Shown: one piece after another, positions 9,016 through 17,620 of the stretch
Numbering within the stretch: the first letter of the stretch is position 1
Layout of the letters: each line of letters opens with the position of its first letter
Source of the DNA: Candidatus Pacearchaeota archaeon
GTDB lineage: Archaea > Nanobdellota > Nanobdellia > Pacearchaeales > UBA284
DNA: 32,000 bases
Assembly: GCA_026016245.1 (NCBI GenBank)
Contig: CP061211.1
Location: 540,001-572,000 of the forward strand
Reading direction: 5' to 3'
The notes under the pieces: model-generated
What the model saw: only the letters and a program-made list of their open reading frames with translations
Databases searched by the model: none
What the model was told of the DNA's origin: nothing
Program-made: the position numbers and the translations under genes

Positions 9016-9798
9016 TCATTTAATTAAATTTAAAATGATATTTGCTTCTTGATTTGCTTTTGCTATTATAAAATTAGTTGTTTCTTTTGTCAGATAATTT
9101 ATATTTAGGGCAAGATTTAATGCCTCTATTGATATGCCTTTAATATTCTTTAGCATTTCTTCTTTGTCTACTTTTATTCTTTCATATACCTTACTTTGTT
9201 TTGTATCATAAGCTGCCAGTGGTACAAAACCTATTAAAAATGGCGTGATTTCTAATTTTGCAAGAATCATCGCTGCTGCTTTATTTATACTTTCTCCTTT
9301 TTTAGCTACAACGCATGATTCTTTTATTGTGATCTTTCCTGCCTTAATTCCTGCTTTGATGTTTAGTTTACCAAGTTCAGAAATAATGGGGCCAGCTGGC
9401 AAGTCAGTTTGGCCAGCCTCTATAATTATATCTTCTGGAGCTGTCTGTCCAGCTTTTGCCTTGGATGGGAATTTATTGTCTGCAAGTATTGAAGCCAGTT
9501 CAAATGGATCAATATTGGAAAAAATAATAGCAAAACCTTTTTCTAACCATTTCTCAAGACCCTCAATATCTTTTTTTGTTTTCTTTGCTTCTTCCAAAGC
9601 TTTTAACATAAAAGTTTTTTTGATTACCTTGACTATTGCTTGATCTTTTAGTGAACGTTTAATTTTCTGGAACTGTGGCGCTGAAATATTTTCTATTGAT
9701 ACTATCATCACAGTATTACTTTTTTTAATAAGATCAATTAAATTAACCAATACATTTTTCTTTTTTTTTGGAATATCCTTTGTTCTTTTGCTTGCCAT
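9016..9798 (-). CDS. rplP0: Ribosomal protein L10/P0, short form lacking acidic C-terminal stalk tail
   Basis: [37 protein letters not shown]; [30 protein letters not shown]; directly between P1 and L1. Confidence 0.93.
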   Translation of the reverse strand: MASKRTKDIPKKKKNVLVNLIDLIKKSNTVMIVSIENISAPQFQKIKRSLKDQAIVKVIKKTFMLKALEEAKKTKKDIEGLEKWLEKGFAIIFSNIDPFELASILADNKFPSKAKAGQTAPEDIIIEAGQTDLPAGPIISELGKLNIKAGIKAGKITIKESCVVAKKGESINKAAAMILAKLEITPFLIGFVPLAAYDTKQSKVYERIKVDKEEMLKNIKGISIEALNLALNINYLTKETTNFIIAKANQEANIILNLIK

Positions 9799-9799
9799 T

Positions 9800-10429
9800 T
9801 TACTTTTTTTGTTTTTTAATTTTTACAGGCGGGCTCATGGTGAATTTAAGTAGAACAGATCTGACATTAATCTCTTTTTTTGGCAGAGCTTTAATTATTG
9901 TTTCCAAAGCAACATCAGCATTTTTTACAAGGTCTTCATCAAACATACTTTCTTTACCTATTCCTATCTTGATACTTGCTTCTTTTAAACGAATTTTGAC
10001 TATGCTAGAGATTTTCTTGATTGATGAGGAAATAGTTTCATCAGTTTCTTGAGCTAAGACCCCTCCTATTTTCGGGTCAGGCATTTTTCCAGCACTTCCC
10101 AAAACTTTTCCAAACTTTGATGCTATCTTAGGCATTAGTTTGGCGTTTGCTATAAAGAAATCATATTCTTTTACTAATTTCTTAACATCTTTAGAACTTA
10201 TCTTATCTATATCCTCCTTAGTGATTACATAATCAACAGTCTTTGAGGGGTGTTCAAGAAAAGCACAGATATTCTTTTTTTTGCTTATATTGGGAAGAAT
10301 AACAAAAATACTTAGGGCCTCACGGCGTGGGTCAAAATTTTTGAGATTTATTATTAGATCTAGAGTCTGGTCAAAATTTCTTTTTTTACTTTTTTTTCTT
10401 AGTTCTTGCAGTTCTTCAGAAAAATTCAT
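9800..10429 (-). CDS. rpl1: Ribosomal protein L1; ATG at 10429, a GTG at 10444 is an alternative start
   Basis: FDQTLDLIINLKNFDPRREALSIFVILPN; FVANAKLMPKIASKFGKVLGSAGKMPDPK. Confidence 0.95.
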   Translation of the reverse strand: MNFSEELQELRKKSKKRNFDQTLDLIINLKNFDPRREALSIFVILPNISKKKNICAFLEHPSKTVDYVITKEDIDKISSKDVKKLVKEYDFFIANAKLMPKIASKFGKVLGSAGKMPDPKIGGVLAQETDETISSSIKKISSIVKIRLKEASIKIGIGKESMFDEDLVKNADVALETIIKALPKKEINVRSVLLKFTMSPPVKIKKQKK

Positions 10430-10455
10430 CTTTCCTCCTACCACCTTCCTGAACT

Positions 10456-10469
10456 AGCCTAAACAGGCT
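10456..10469 (-). promoter_or_regulatory. Short hairpin in the putative leader of the L1-P0-P1 operon
   Basis: agcct-aaac-aggct inverted repeat between the TATA-like element and the L1 start. Confidence 0.35.
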
Positions 10470-10505
10470 GTAGTAATAACGGAACATAAATAAAAATGAA
10501 ATTAG

Positions 10506-10515
10506 CTTTATAAAG
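10506..10515 (-). promoter_or_regulatory. TATA-like box for the L1 operon
   Basis: CTTTATAAAG about 80 nt upstream of the L1 ATG, just outside the upstream stop codon. Confidence 0.45.
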
Positions 10516-10519
10516 GTTT

Positions 10520-10969
10520 CTAATTAATTTTTTCTAATTCGTCGAGGTATTCCTTGATTCTTTTCACTATAGAAATGATGTAAAATTTTTCTATTTTTTC
10601 TTCAAATATCTTCTTAAGACCTTCAAATTCTGAAATTCTATAATTATTTGCTTTTTTTTCTACAATGAATACATCTCTAAGTCTTTTGAGCTGTCTCCGT
10701 ATGTTTGAGTTAGCAATGCCTTTAAGTTCATAATTATTATTCTTACGCAATTTTATTACTCGGCTTTTTATTTCTTCAAGATCCATCTCCTTTTTCTGTT
10801 TTCTTGCATTAAGCAAAGCAAGAAGAATATCAACTATCACGTCCCTAGAATCTCCTGGTTGAAGTAATCCGAGGCTTAAACATATCTTTTTAACTAGTTC
10901 TCTAGAATTCAGCTGATAGGGTTTTTCATATTTTCTTAAAGTAATTTCTCCCAGAGATTCTTCTTTCAT
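10520..10969 (-). CDS. Conserved hypothetical protein, possibly winged-helix type
   Basis: Open frame, charged helical protein MKEESLGEITLRKYEKP...KRLRDVFIVEKKANNYRISEFEGLKKIFEEKIEKF. Confidence 0.6.
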   Translation of the reverse strand: MKEESLGEITLRKYEKPYQLNSRELVKKICLSLGLLQPGDSRDVIVDILLALLNARKQKKEMDLEEIKSRVIKLRKNNNYELKGIANSNIRRQLKRLRDVFIVEKKANNYRISEFEGLKKIFEEKIEKFYIISIVKRIKEYLDELEKIN

Positions 10970-11066
10970 TTTGCAATATAATATAGAGAAAAAAGAGATT
11001 ATTAAATTTTATTATAGTATATAGTCTTTCATAAATCTTTATAAATAAAAAAGGAATAAAGAAAAG

Positions 11067-11429
11067 ATGGAACTCATTGCTTTGCTTTCAAGTGGAAAAG
11101 GTACTTGGGGGCAAGTTGCAGGACTTATCAATAGAGGTGAATGGGATAAAACTATCCTTGTCATTAGTGATTTTTTTAAATCAATAATTAAAAATTTTGA
11201 TTTTAGTAAAAAAGCAGACATTATTTTTATTGATTTTAATAAGGATATCAAAAAAGTCATAGAGGAAATAAGAGAAAAATTAAAAAATAAGGTTCAGGGT
11301 ACAGAGATTGCCTTAAGTATTGCAAGCGGATCAGGCAAAGAACACATGGCTTTAATTTCTGCTCTTTTACAGTTACCTGTAGGTATAAAATTTGTAGTTC
11401 TTACAAAAGAAGGAATAACAGAAATATAA
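11067..11429 (+). CDS. Small alpha/beta (Rossmann-like) hypothetical protein
   Basis: MELIALLSSGKGTWGQVAGLI...TEIALSIASGSGKEHMALISALLQLPVGIKFVVLTKEG. Confidence 0.65.
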   Translation: MELIALLSSGKGTWGQVAGLINRGEWDKTILVISDFFKSIIKNFDFSKKADIIFIDFNKDIKKVIEEIREKLKNKVQGTEIALSIASGSGKEHMALISALLQLPVGIKFVVLTKEGITEI

Positions 11430-11456
11430 ATTTAAAAAAAATAAAAAAATAAAAAT

Positions 11457-11510
11457 TTATTTCTTCTTTTTCTTAGCTTTTTTCTTTGCTTTCTTTTTTC
11501 TTTTTGCCAT
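11457..11510 (-). CDS. 17-aa lysine-rich micro-ORF MAKRKKKAKKKAKKKKK
   Basis: ATG at 11508-11510 preceded on the minus strand by AAAAGAGGTTTCAAATG (Shine-Dalgarno-like GAGGT), TAA at 11457-11459; missing from the ORF track. Confidence 0.45.
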   Translation of the reverse strand: MAKRKKKAKKKAKKKKK

Positions 11511-11640
11511 TTGAAACCTCTTTTTATTTTAAAAATTTCTGAGAATAAAAGATGCTTTTACTTTAAATACTTTTCTATTTTTTTAAAAATTTATGGAAAG
11601 AAAAAAATTTCCCTCGACGGAAAAATTAGAAGCCAAAATT

Positions 11641-11700
11641 GGAATTAAATAAAAATAAAATAAAAATAAAACAAAATTAAATAAAAACAAATAAAAAATC
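11641..11700 (-). terminator. T-rich tract immediately downstream of tRNA-Ala(CGC), probable archaeal terminator
   Basis: Minus strand reads TTTTTTATTTGTTTTTATTTAATTTTGTTTTATTTTTATTTTATTTTTATTTAATT. Confidence 0.5.
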
Positions 11701-11701
11701 A

Positions 11702-11773
11702 TGGACCGGACGAGAATTGAACTCGCAACCTCTGCTTAGCGAGAGCAGCGTTCTACCGTTGAACTACCGGCCC
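11702..11773 (-). tRNA. tRNA-Ala, anticodon CGC, no encoded CCA
   Basis: RC folds as GGGCCGG TA GTTC AACGGTA GAAC G CTGCT CTCGCTA AGCAG AGGTT GCGAG TTCAATT CTCGT CCGGTCC A; G3:U70 present. Confidence 0.93.
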
Positions 11774-11776
11774 TTA

Positions 11777-13183
11777 TTAAAAAACTTTACTTACCCAAAC
11801 CAACATTAAAACCAAAAAGATTAAAAGAACCATAAATGCCGCTATCTGATAAACAATCTCAGCTTTCTTCTTTGATCCAGTCAAAGTTAGGGCAGTTATA
11901 TAAATAAATTTTCCACCATCGAGAATTCCTAAAGGCAACATGTTAAGTAATGCTACAGAAAAACAAATTAGAATAAGCCAGAAAAATAAATTATAGATGA
12001 ATGTTAAAATTTCTGGATTATATTTTGGTTCAGCATAGATATATGGAGAAAAAAATGGAGAAGTTAGACTTGATAAAAAGACTGCTATTCCAGAAATCTG
12101 TGGGAATCCTATTCCTAAATAACCTCTTGAAGAATTTTCTGGATGTTCATCTAAAGTAATCAAATAATTTTTTTCACTTGTTTGGATTTCAATGATATCT
12201 CCTGGTTTATAGGATCTTAAAGTTTCATATACATCTTCAATAGATTCTATTTCCTTATCATCTATTTTTTGAAATGCTCCAGATAAATTTGCTCTTATAG
12301 CAGGGGTGTCAGAATATAGGGCCATTGTCTCAATTTTTTCTTTTTTTGCTTGTTCTAAAAAAGAATATAGCTCTGGTCTTAGATAGTGTGTTTTATTATT
12401 TACTTTTACAGGTAATGTTTCTGTTATATTTTCTATTTCCTTATCACTTAGATTTAGAAATTCTTCATAACTATAATTGCCAATTTCCTCTATGTCTGTT
12501 ACATTAACTTGTCCAAAGGCATACATATAGCCTATAATTCCTGCTTGCTCATAACAACCAATGAAAAAAAGTTGTAAAACTAGAAGGAATATTATAGCAA
12601 AAATAAAATTAGAGAAGGTTCCTGCGCTAAGAATACTTAACTGAGCTTTTTTACTTTTTCTTGCCATCGATTTCTCATCAGGTTCTACGAACGCAGCAAG
12701 AAATGGCCCTAAGAAACCAAAACCAGTTGACTTTATTTTTATTTTGTAATAACGAGCAAAAACTCCATGCGCGAATTCATGGGTTACAGCCACTATTGAG
12801 ATGATCACTATCCAATATGTGAAATAAAAGGGTGGTAGAGGCAGATTAAAAATTTGTGGTAGATAAGGGATTAAAGGCATAATAGGAGGAATCTTTGGTA
12901 CTGATACAAGAGTTGTCATCATCCTGATGCTAATATAGAATAAGATAAAGACAGAGGCCATAGCAAAATAGCCAAAAGTTATGGAAACATAACTCAGAAC
13001 ATTCCATAAACTAGAAAATTTTTTACTAGCCCAGTTCATTAATCTCAATCCAATTTTCGTCCTATACATCAAAAATATCTTTGATTCAACCTTTACTCTC
13101 TTCCTATTTTTATAAAGAAATAAAGCAATAGCTGAGCCGACTATAACAAGAAAAATTATATCATAAATGTAAACAGCATCCAT
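11777..13183 (-). CDS. Site-2 protease family (M50) membrane metalloprotease with PDZ-like domain
   Basis: THEFAHGVFARYYKI (HExxH) and LLNMLPLGILDGGKFI. Confidence 0.93.
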   Translation of the reverse strand: MDAVYIYDIIFLVIVGSAIALFLYKNRKRVKVESKIFLMYRTKIGLRLMNWASKKFSSLWNVLSYVSITFGYFAMASVFILFYISIRMMTTLVSVPKIPPIMPLIPYLPQIFNLPLPPFYFTYWIVIISIVAVTHEFAHGVFARYYKIKIKSTGFGFLGPFLAAFVEPDEKSMARKSKKAQLSILSAGTFSNFIFAIIFLLVLQLFFIGCYEQAGIIGYMYAFGQVNVTDIEEIGNYSYEEFLNLSDKEIENITETLPVKVNNKTHYLRPELYSFLEQAKKEKIETMALYSDTPAIRANLSGAFQKIDDKEIESIEDVYETLRSYKPGDIIEIQTSEKNYLITLDEHPENSSRGYLGIGFPQISGIAVFLSSLTSPFFSPYIYAEPKYNPEILTFIYNLFFWLILICFSVALLNMLPLGILDGGKFIYITALTLTGSKKKAEIVYQIAAFMVLLIFLVLMLVWVSKVF

Positions 13184-13188
13184 CTTTA

Positions 13189-13362
13189 CTATCCTTTACT
13201 CGTTTTTTTACTTTTTGGCCTTAATGCTGTACTTTTACACTTTCTACATCTCACCTTACCTTCAGCGACTTTTCTTGACTGTGCTTTTATTTTAGCCCCA
13301 CATCTCTTGCAAACAAAAACTTCTTTAAAAATTCTTGAATAAGCAGCTTCTATTTTTGCCAT
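13189..13362 (-). CDS. rpl40e: Ribosomal protein L40e (57 aa)
   Basis: Read by hand: MAKIEAAYSRIFKEVFVCKRCGAKIKAQSRKVAEGKVRCRKCKSTALRPKSKKTSKG; CxxC...CxxC zinc ribbon; missing from the ORF track. Confidence 0.95.
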   Translation of the reverse strand: MAKIEAAYSRIFKEVFVCKRCGAKIKAQSRKVAEGKVRCRKCKSTALRPKSKKTSKG

Positions 13363-13367
13363 TTTAT

Positions 13368-13763
13368 TTATGCTTTACGTTTTATTATTTTTTTGCCTTC
13401 AACATTCCAATACTCTATCTGCATACTTTCTTCAATATCCTCAATTAAATTAGGATCTATTGAAACATCAAGAGTTTCAAAACTCTCTAGATCCATGACA
13501 CTTACTTTTTTCTCTTCTTTGTTTATATTTAATACTTGTGCTTTTCTTTTTTCTATTATTGGAACCTGTACACGTTCAGAGCCAGGCATAACTTTAATAT
13601 GTTTTTTTCCATCAATAATACCCATTGCCGCAATTCTTGCTTTTGCATGCCCGTGTTTTCCTGTCTTGCTGATGTCTATAGATCTAACAATACATGGTGT
13701 ATCATCAAGAATAACAAAACCTCCTGAACGTAATTCTGTAGCATTAACCAATTTTATAGCCAT
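13368..13763 (-). CDS. eif5a: Translation initiation factor 5A
   Basis: PCIVRSIDISKTGKHGHAKARIAAMGIIDGKKH hypusination loop. Confidence 0.97.
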   Translation of the reverse strand: MAIKLVNATELRSGGFVILDDTPCIVRSIDISKTGKHGHAKARIAAMGIIDGKKHIKVMPGSERVQVPIIEKRKAQVLNINKEEKKVSVMDLESFETLDVSIDPNLIEDIEESMQIEYWNVEGKKIIKRKA

Positions 13764-13785
13764 TAAAAAGAAAGAGAAAATAAAC

Positions 13786-14202
13786 TTATAAAGATTTTGC
13801 TATCTTTATGTTACTTATACTTTTTCTATTTCTTTTCTTTATTTTCTTTATTACCTTTTTTGATATTTTCTTTGTTCTTTTTTTAATTATCTTTCCACTT
13901 GCTAGCTCTTTGATAAATTTTTCCACTTCTTTCTCCTCTTTTTTTCTTCTAGCTGCATTTTTTTGTTTTAACTTTGGACTACCTATATTTTGTAAAGTTC
14001 TTTCAATATAATCAATCTTTAACTTGAGATCATGAAGCTGTCTAGACAAAACAGCTAGGGCAATCCACATTTGTGCTTTTCCTTTATCCTTAGATGTATC
14101 ATAAGATTCTTTATGATTCATGCTTTCAAGAATAAGCCTTTCAATATAAGGTTTCAGGCTTTTATCAACATACTTTCGCCATGTCATCTTATTCTTTATC
14201 AA
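13786..14202 (-). CDS. Basic hypothetical protein (start may be the internal ATG at 14187)
   Basis: Open frame with Lys/Arg-rich C-terminus KKRTKKISKKVIKKIKKRNRKS. Confidence 0.55.
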   Translation of the reverse strand: MIKNKMTWRKYVDKSLKPYIERLILESMNHKESYDTSKDKGKAQMWIALAVLSRQLHDLKLKIDYIERTLQNIGSPKLKQKNAARRKKEEKEVEKFIKELASGKIIKKRTKKISKKVIKKIKKRNRKSISNIKIAKSL

Positions 14203-14593
14203 AATTTATTTTTAGAACTTTCCTATCATCTAGCGTGTAAAAAATAATTGAAGGATTATAAAGTTCAGTACTAGAGATAATATCAACTGCATTTATTTGG
14301 AAATCTGAAGAAATATGTGCACCATCAAGTATATCCATTGAAAGCATACCCCATTCAAACTTATTATATTTTTTATAAGATAATTCACACAATAAGGGAT
14401 TTTCAATATTTATACTATGATATTTACTAGAAATCTCAATATTTTTAATATTATAAATATCTAAAATTTCATTAATAGTTTTGATATTTCTTTTGATCCA
14501 TGAAGCATTTCTTACTCTTATCCTTCTTCCTTTCTTATTTCTCTCTTTCAAGTTTCCTTCTAGTTTCCCAAGTAGATCTGTTATTTCTTTCAT
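14189..14593 (-). CDS. Hypothetical protein; start revised to MKEITDLLGKLEG
   Basis: TATA-like CTTTATATAT lies about 25 nt upstream of the ATG at 14593, consistent with a leaderless mRNA. Confidence 0.55.
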   Translation of the reverse strand: MKEITDLLGKLEGNLKERNKKGRRIRVRNASWIKRNIKTINEILDIYNIKNIEISSKYHSINIENPLLCELSYKKYNKFEWGMLSMDILDGAHISSDFQINAVDIISSTELYNPSIIFYTLDDRKVLKINFDKE

Positions 14594-14727
14594 AATCCAA
14601 AATAAGAAAATAGATATATAAAGTTTTCGATTTAGTGTAACACAAGAGTAATAAAAAGAAAGGTTTATAAACAATTTTAGTTTAAGTTTTTTGTCTTAAA
14701 TTTTAATTTTAAATTTGTAGGAAAAAA

Positions 14728-14991
14728 ATGACAGGGAATGAAAAAAGTTTAGATGAGATTTTTGGTTTTTTTGTAGGAACTCCGATAAGACTAGATGCTG
14801 AGATCAATGGAGTGCATCTAAAAGGTCTTTATGTTTTTGCTGGAAACTGTAAAGCAGGAGTTAAATGCATCAAAGTTGAAATAGTGGATAATAGAATAAG
14901 ATATGCCAAATCATGTACAATAATAAGAAGTGCTGAACAAGTTAATTCTGTAACTGAAATACCACCTTTACTTGACTACTTTAAGTTATAA
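14728..14991 (+). CDS. Small hypothetical protein (87 aa)
   Basis: MTGNEKSLDEIFGFFVGTPIRLDAEINGVHLKGLYVFAGNCKAGVKCIKVE; TTTATAAA upstream. Confidence 0.55.
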   Translation: MTGNEKSLDEIFGFFVGTPIRLDAEINGVHLKGLYVFAGNCKAGVKCIKVEIVDNRIRYAKSCTIIRSAEQVNSVTEIPPLLDYFKL

Positions 14992-15029
14992 TAGGAAAAA
15001 CATTTAAAGAAATTCTTTTTTAGAAAATT

Positions 15030-15668
15030 ATGAAAACCAAGAAAGGAAATTTTATTGAGTTAGATTTTGTTGCTTCTGTAAAAGATGGGAATGTTTTTGA
15101 TACAACAAAAGAGGAAGAGGCGAAAAAGACAGGATTAGTGAATGAGAAAGAGAGGAGAGAGTTTAAGCCATTAGAGATTTGTATTGGTGAAAGTATGGTT
15201 ATTAAAGGTCTTGATAATGCTTTGACTGATAAAGAAATTAATAGAGAATATGAAGTTGAAATAGGGTCAAAGGAAGCTTTCGGTGTCAGGAATGCTAAGT
15301 TGATGAAGACTGTTCCGCTCAGTGCTTTCAAAGAGATGCCTGTTCCTGGAATGTTTGTTAATGTTAATGGTATGATTGCTAGAGTTGTGACTGTTACTAG
15401 TGGCAGGGCATTGATTGATCTTAATAATCCTCTTGCAGGAAAAGTTGTGGTTTATAAGTTTAGGATTAATAAAATTATAGAAGATAATAATAAGAAGATA
15501 AAATTGCTTGCTAGGTCTTTTGGAGTGGGTGTGGAAAGTGTTAAGATAGAAAATAAAAAAGCTAAAATTAAGGTTAAGAATAAAAAAGAGGTAGATGAAG
15601 CAAAAGTTTTGGAGAAATTTAAGGATAAGATAAAAACCATTATGGGAATTGAGGCTGAGTTTGAATAA
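15030..15668 (+). CDS. FKBP-type peptidyl-prolyl cis-trans isomerase (SlyD-like)
   Basis: FIELDFVASVKDGNVFDTT, ICIGESMVIKGLDNALTDKE, archaeal long form with C-terminal domain. Confidence 0.9.
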   Translation: MKTKKGNFIELDFVASVKDGNVFDTTKEEEAKKTGLVNEKERREFKPLEICIGESMVIKGLDNALTDKEINREYEVEIGSKEAFGVRNAKLMKTVPLSAFKEMPVPGMFVNVNGMIARVVTVTSGRALIDLNNPLAGKVVVYKFRINKIIEDNNKKIKLLARSFGVGVESVKIENKKAKIKVKNKKEVDEAKVLEKFKDKIKTIMGIEAEFE

Positions 15669-15742
15669 ATATACCTATGGAAATAGGGATTATAGAATAC
15701 TAAAATTTATAAATTAAATTCTATTGTTTATTAAAGAAAAAG

Positions 15743-16828
15743 ATGGCAGACTTTGAGATTAAAGAGGAAGAGAAAAAAGAGATAGATAAGGAATTAGAGG
15801 AAATTATCTCAAAACAAAAAGCAGCCATTAAGGTTTTTGGTTGTGGAGGTGGAGGAGGTAATACTCTAACAAGGATGAAAGAAATAGGTATTAAAGGCGC
15901 AGAGCTTGTAGCTGTAAACACAGATGCTCAAGATTTGCTTTACACATATGCTGATTCTAAAATTCTTATTGGCAGAGAATTGACTCATGGTCTTGGTGCT
16001 GGAAGTAACCCTCAAATTGGAGAAGAAGCAGCTCATGAATCAGAGCATGAGATTAAACAAAGGTTGCAAGGTAGTGATATGGTTTTTATTACTTGCGGCT
16101 TAGGAGGAGGAACAGGAACTGGCGCAGCTCCTATTGTTGCAAAAACAGCCAAAAAAATGGGCGCTTTGACTATTGGAGTTGTTACATTACCTTTTACAAT
16201 TGAGGGCCAGAGAAGGTATGAGAATGCTATGTTAGGATTAGAAAAAATGGAGCATGCTGTTGATACTCTTATTGTTATTCCAAATGATAAGCTTCTTGAG
16301 TTAGCTCCTGACTTGCCTTTACATACAGCTTTCAAGGTGGCAGATGAAATATTGACAAATGCTGTTAAAGGAACTACAGAACTTGTGACAAAAGCAGGTT
16401 TAGTTAATCTTGATTTTGCTGACATCAAGGCAGTGATGAGTAATGGAGGGGTAGCTATGATTGGTGTTGGTGAGAGTGATAGCCAAGATAGGGCAGGGGA
16501 GGCTGTTGAGAAAGCAATAGAAAATCCTCTTCTTGATGTTGATATATCTAATGCTTCTGGAGCCTTGGTTAATATTATTGGTGGTCTTGATTTATCATTG
16601 GATGAGGCAAAAAAAGTTATTGAAGCTATTGCAAATAAAATAAACCCAAATGCTAAGTTAATATGGGGTGCTCAGCTTAGTGAGGATATGGATAAAACTA
16701 TTCGTGTTTTATTGATTGTGACAGGAGTTAAGAGTAGCCAGATTCTTGGCCCTGGTGAAGGTAGATTAGATAAGGAAAAAGAAGAATTAGAAGAAGAGTT
16801 AGGAATAGAGTTTGTTGAAGAAAAGTAA
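15743..16828 (+). CDS. ftsZ: Cell division protein FtsZ
   Basis: [13 protein letters not shown], tubulin signature [33 protein letters not shown]-like T7 loop region. Confidence 0.98.
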   Translation: MADFEIKEEEKKEIDKELEEIISKQKAAIKVFGCGGGGGNTLTRMKEIGIKGAELVAVNTDAQDLLYTYADSKILIGRELTHGLGAGSNPQIGEEAAHESEHEIKQRLQGSDMVFITCGLGGGTGTGAAPIVAKTAKKMGALTIGVVTLPFTIEGQRRYENAMLGLEKMEHAVDTLIVIPNDKLLELAPDLPLHTAFKVADEILTNAVKGTTELVTKAGLVNLDFADIKAVMSNGGVAMIGVGESDSQDRAGEAVEKAIENPLLDVDISNASGALVNIIGGLDLSLDEAKKVIEAIANKINPNAKLIWGAQLSEDMDKTIRVLLIVTGVKSSQILGPGEGRLDKEKEELEEELGIEFVEEK

Positions 16829-16875
16829 AAAACTAGAAAAGTAAGATTTTTAAGGTTTCTGATTTTTAAGAACAG

Positions 16876-17073
16876 ATGGAAGAACAGCCAAAAAAAAATG
16901 TTTTTAGGTCATTAGGAATATTTTATCATAAGTGCGTTAGAGTGCTTAAGGTAGCTAGAAAACCAAATTCAACAGAAGTCAAACAAGTTTCAAAAGTTTC
17001 TGCTTTAGGAATTTTGGTTATAGGGGTGATAGGTTTTATTATCGGCCTTATTTTCACTATATTTTTCCTGTAA
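16876..17073 (+). CDS. secE: Protein translocase SecE/Sec61 gamma
   Basis: Single-TM 65-aa protein with RVLKVARKPNSTEVKQVSKVSALGILVIGVIGFIIGLI, directly before Spt5. Confidence 0.92.
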   Translation: MEEQPKKNVFRSLGIFYHKCVRVLKVARKPNSTEVKQVSKVSALGILVIGVIGFIIGLIFTIFFL

Positions 17074-17089
17074 ATAAAAATAATAAAAA

Positions 17090-17554
17090 ATGATATTTGT
17101 GGTTAAGGTTACAACGAATAAAGAAGACCAGGCAACTGATCTCTTAGCTGCAAGAATAGAGAAAAAAGGCCTAAATATTTTTTCTATTGCTCGGCCACAT
17201 GGATTAAGAGGATATATTATTATTGAGGCTCAAGACACTGAATCTGCTGAGCAGGCTGCTTTCAACCTGCCTTATGTAAAAGGTTTGATAAAAAGGCAGA
17301 TAACTTACAAGGAAATAGAGAATATGATTAAGCCAGTTGCTGCAGCCATCAATATTGAAAAAGGGGATATAGTTGAGATGCTAACAGAGCCTTTTAAGAG
17401 AGAGAAGGCGAGAGTCAAAAGAATAAACAAACAGAAAGAGGAAGTTGTTGTCGAGCTTCTTGAGGCAGCTGTTCCAATTCCAGTCACAGTAAAGATAGAT
17501 AATGTCAAAGTAATCAGGAGAACGAAGGAAGAAGGCGAAGAAGAGGAAGAGTAA
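17090..17554 (+). CDS. spt5: Transcription elongation factor Spt5/NusG
   Basis: NGN domain RPHGLRGYIIIEA and KOW region KGDIVEMLTEPFKREKARVKRINKQKEEVVVELLEAAVPIPVTV. Confidence 0.95.
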   Translation: MIFVVKVTTNKEDQATDLLAARIEKKGLNIFSIARPHGLRGYIIIEAQDTESAEQAAFNLPYVKGLIKRQITYKEIENMIKPVAAAINIEKGDIVEMLTEPFKREKARVKRINKQKEEVVVELLEAAVPIPVTVKIDNVKVIRRTKEEGEEEEE

Positions 17555-17620
17555 AAAATAGAAAGTTATAAAAAAGATTTCTTACATCTGATTCGAACTA
17601 AATTTTAAAGGAGGTAATAA

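Noticed and set aside
11583-11660. Possible plus-strand mini-ORF MERKKFPSTEKLEAKIGIK
   Set aside because: Only 19 codons, no SD, running into AT-rich terminator-like sequence; no basis to prefer it over chance
11641-11700. A/T-rich near-repeat (aaataaaa)n considered as a repeat array
   Set aside because: Irregular, without fixed unit or spacers; fits a T-rich archaeal terminator downstream of tRNA-Ala better
16033-16428. 131-aa minus-strand ORF inside ftsZ
   Set aside because: Antisense shadow of the ftsZ coding sequence; no independent motif. The same applies to the ORFs antisense to radA, RPA, L10, eIF5A and the secretion ATPase.
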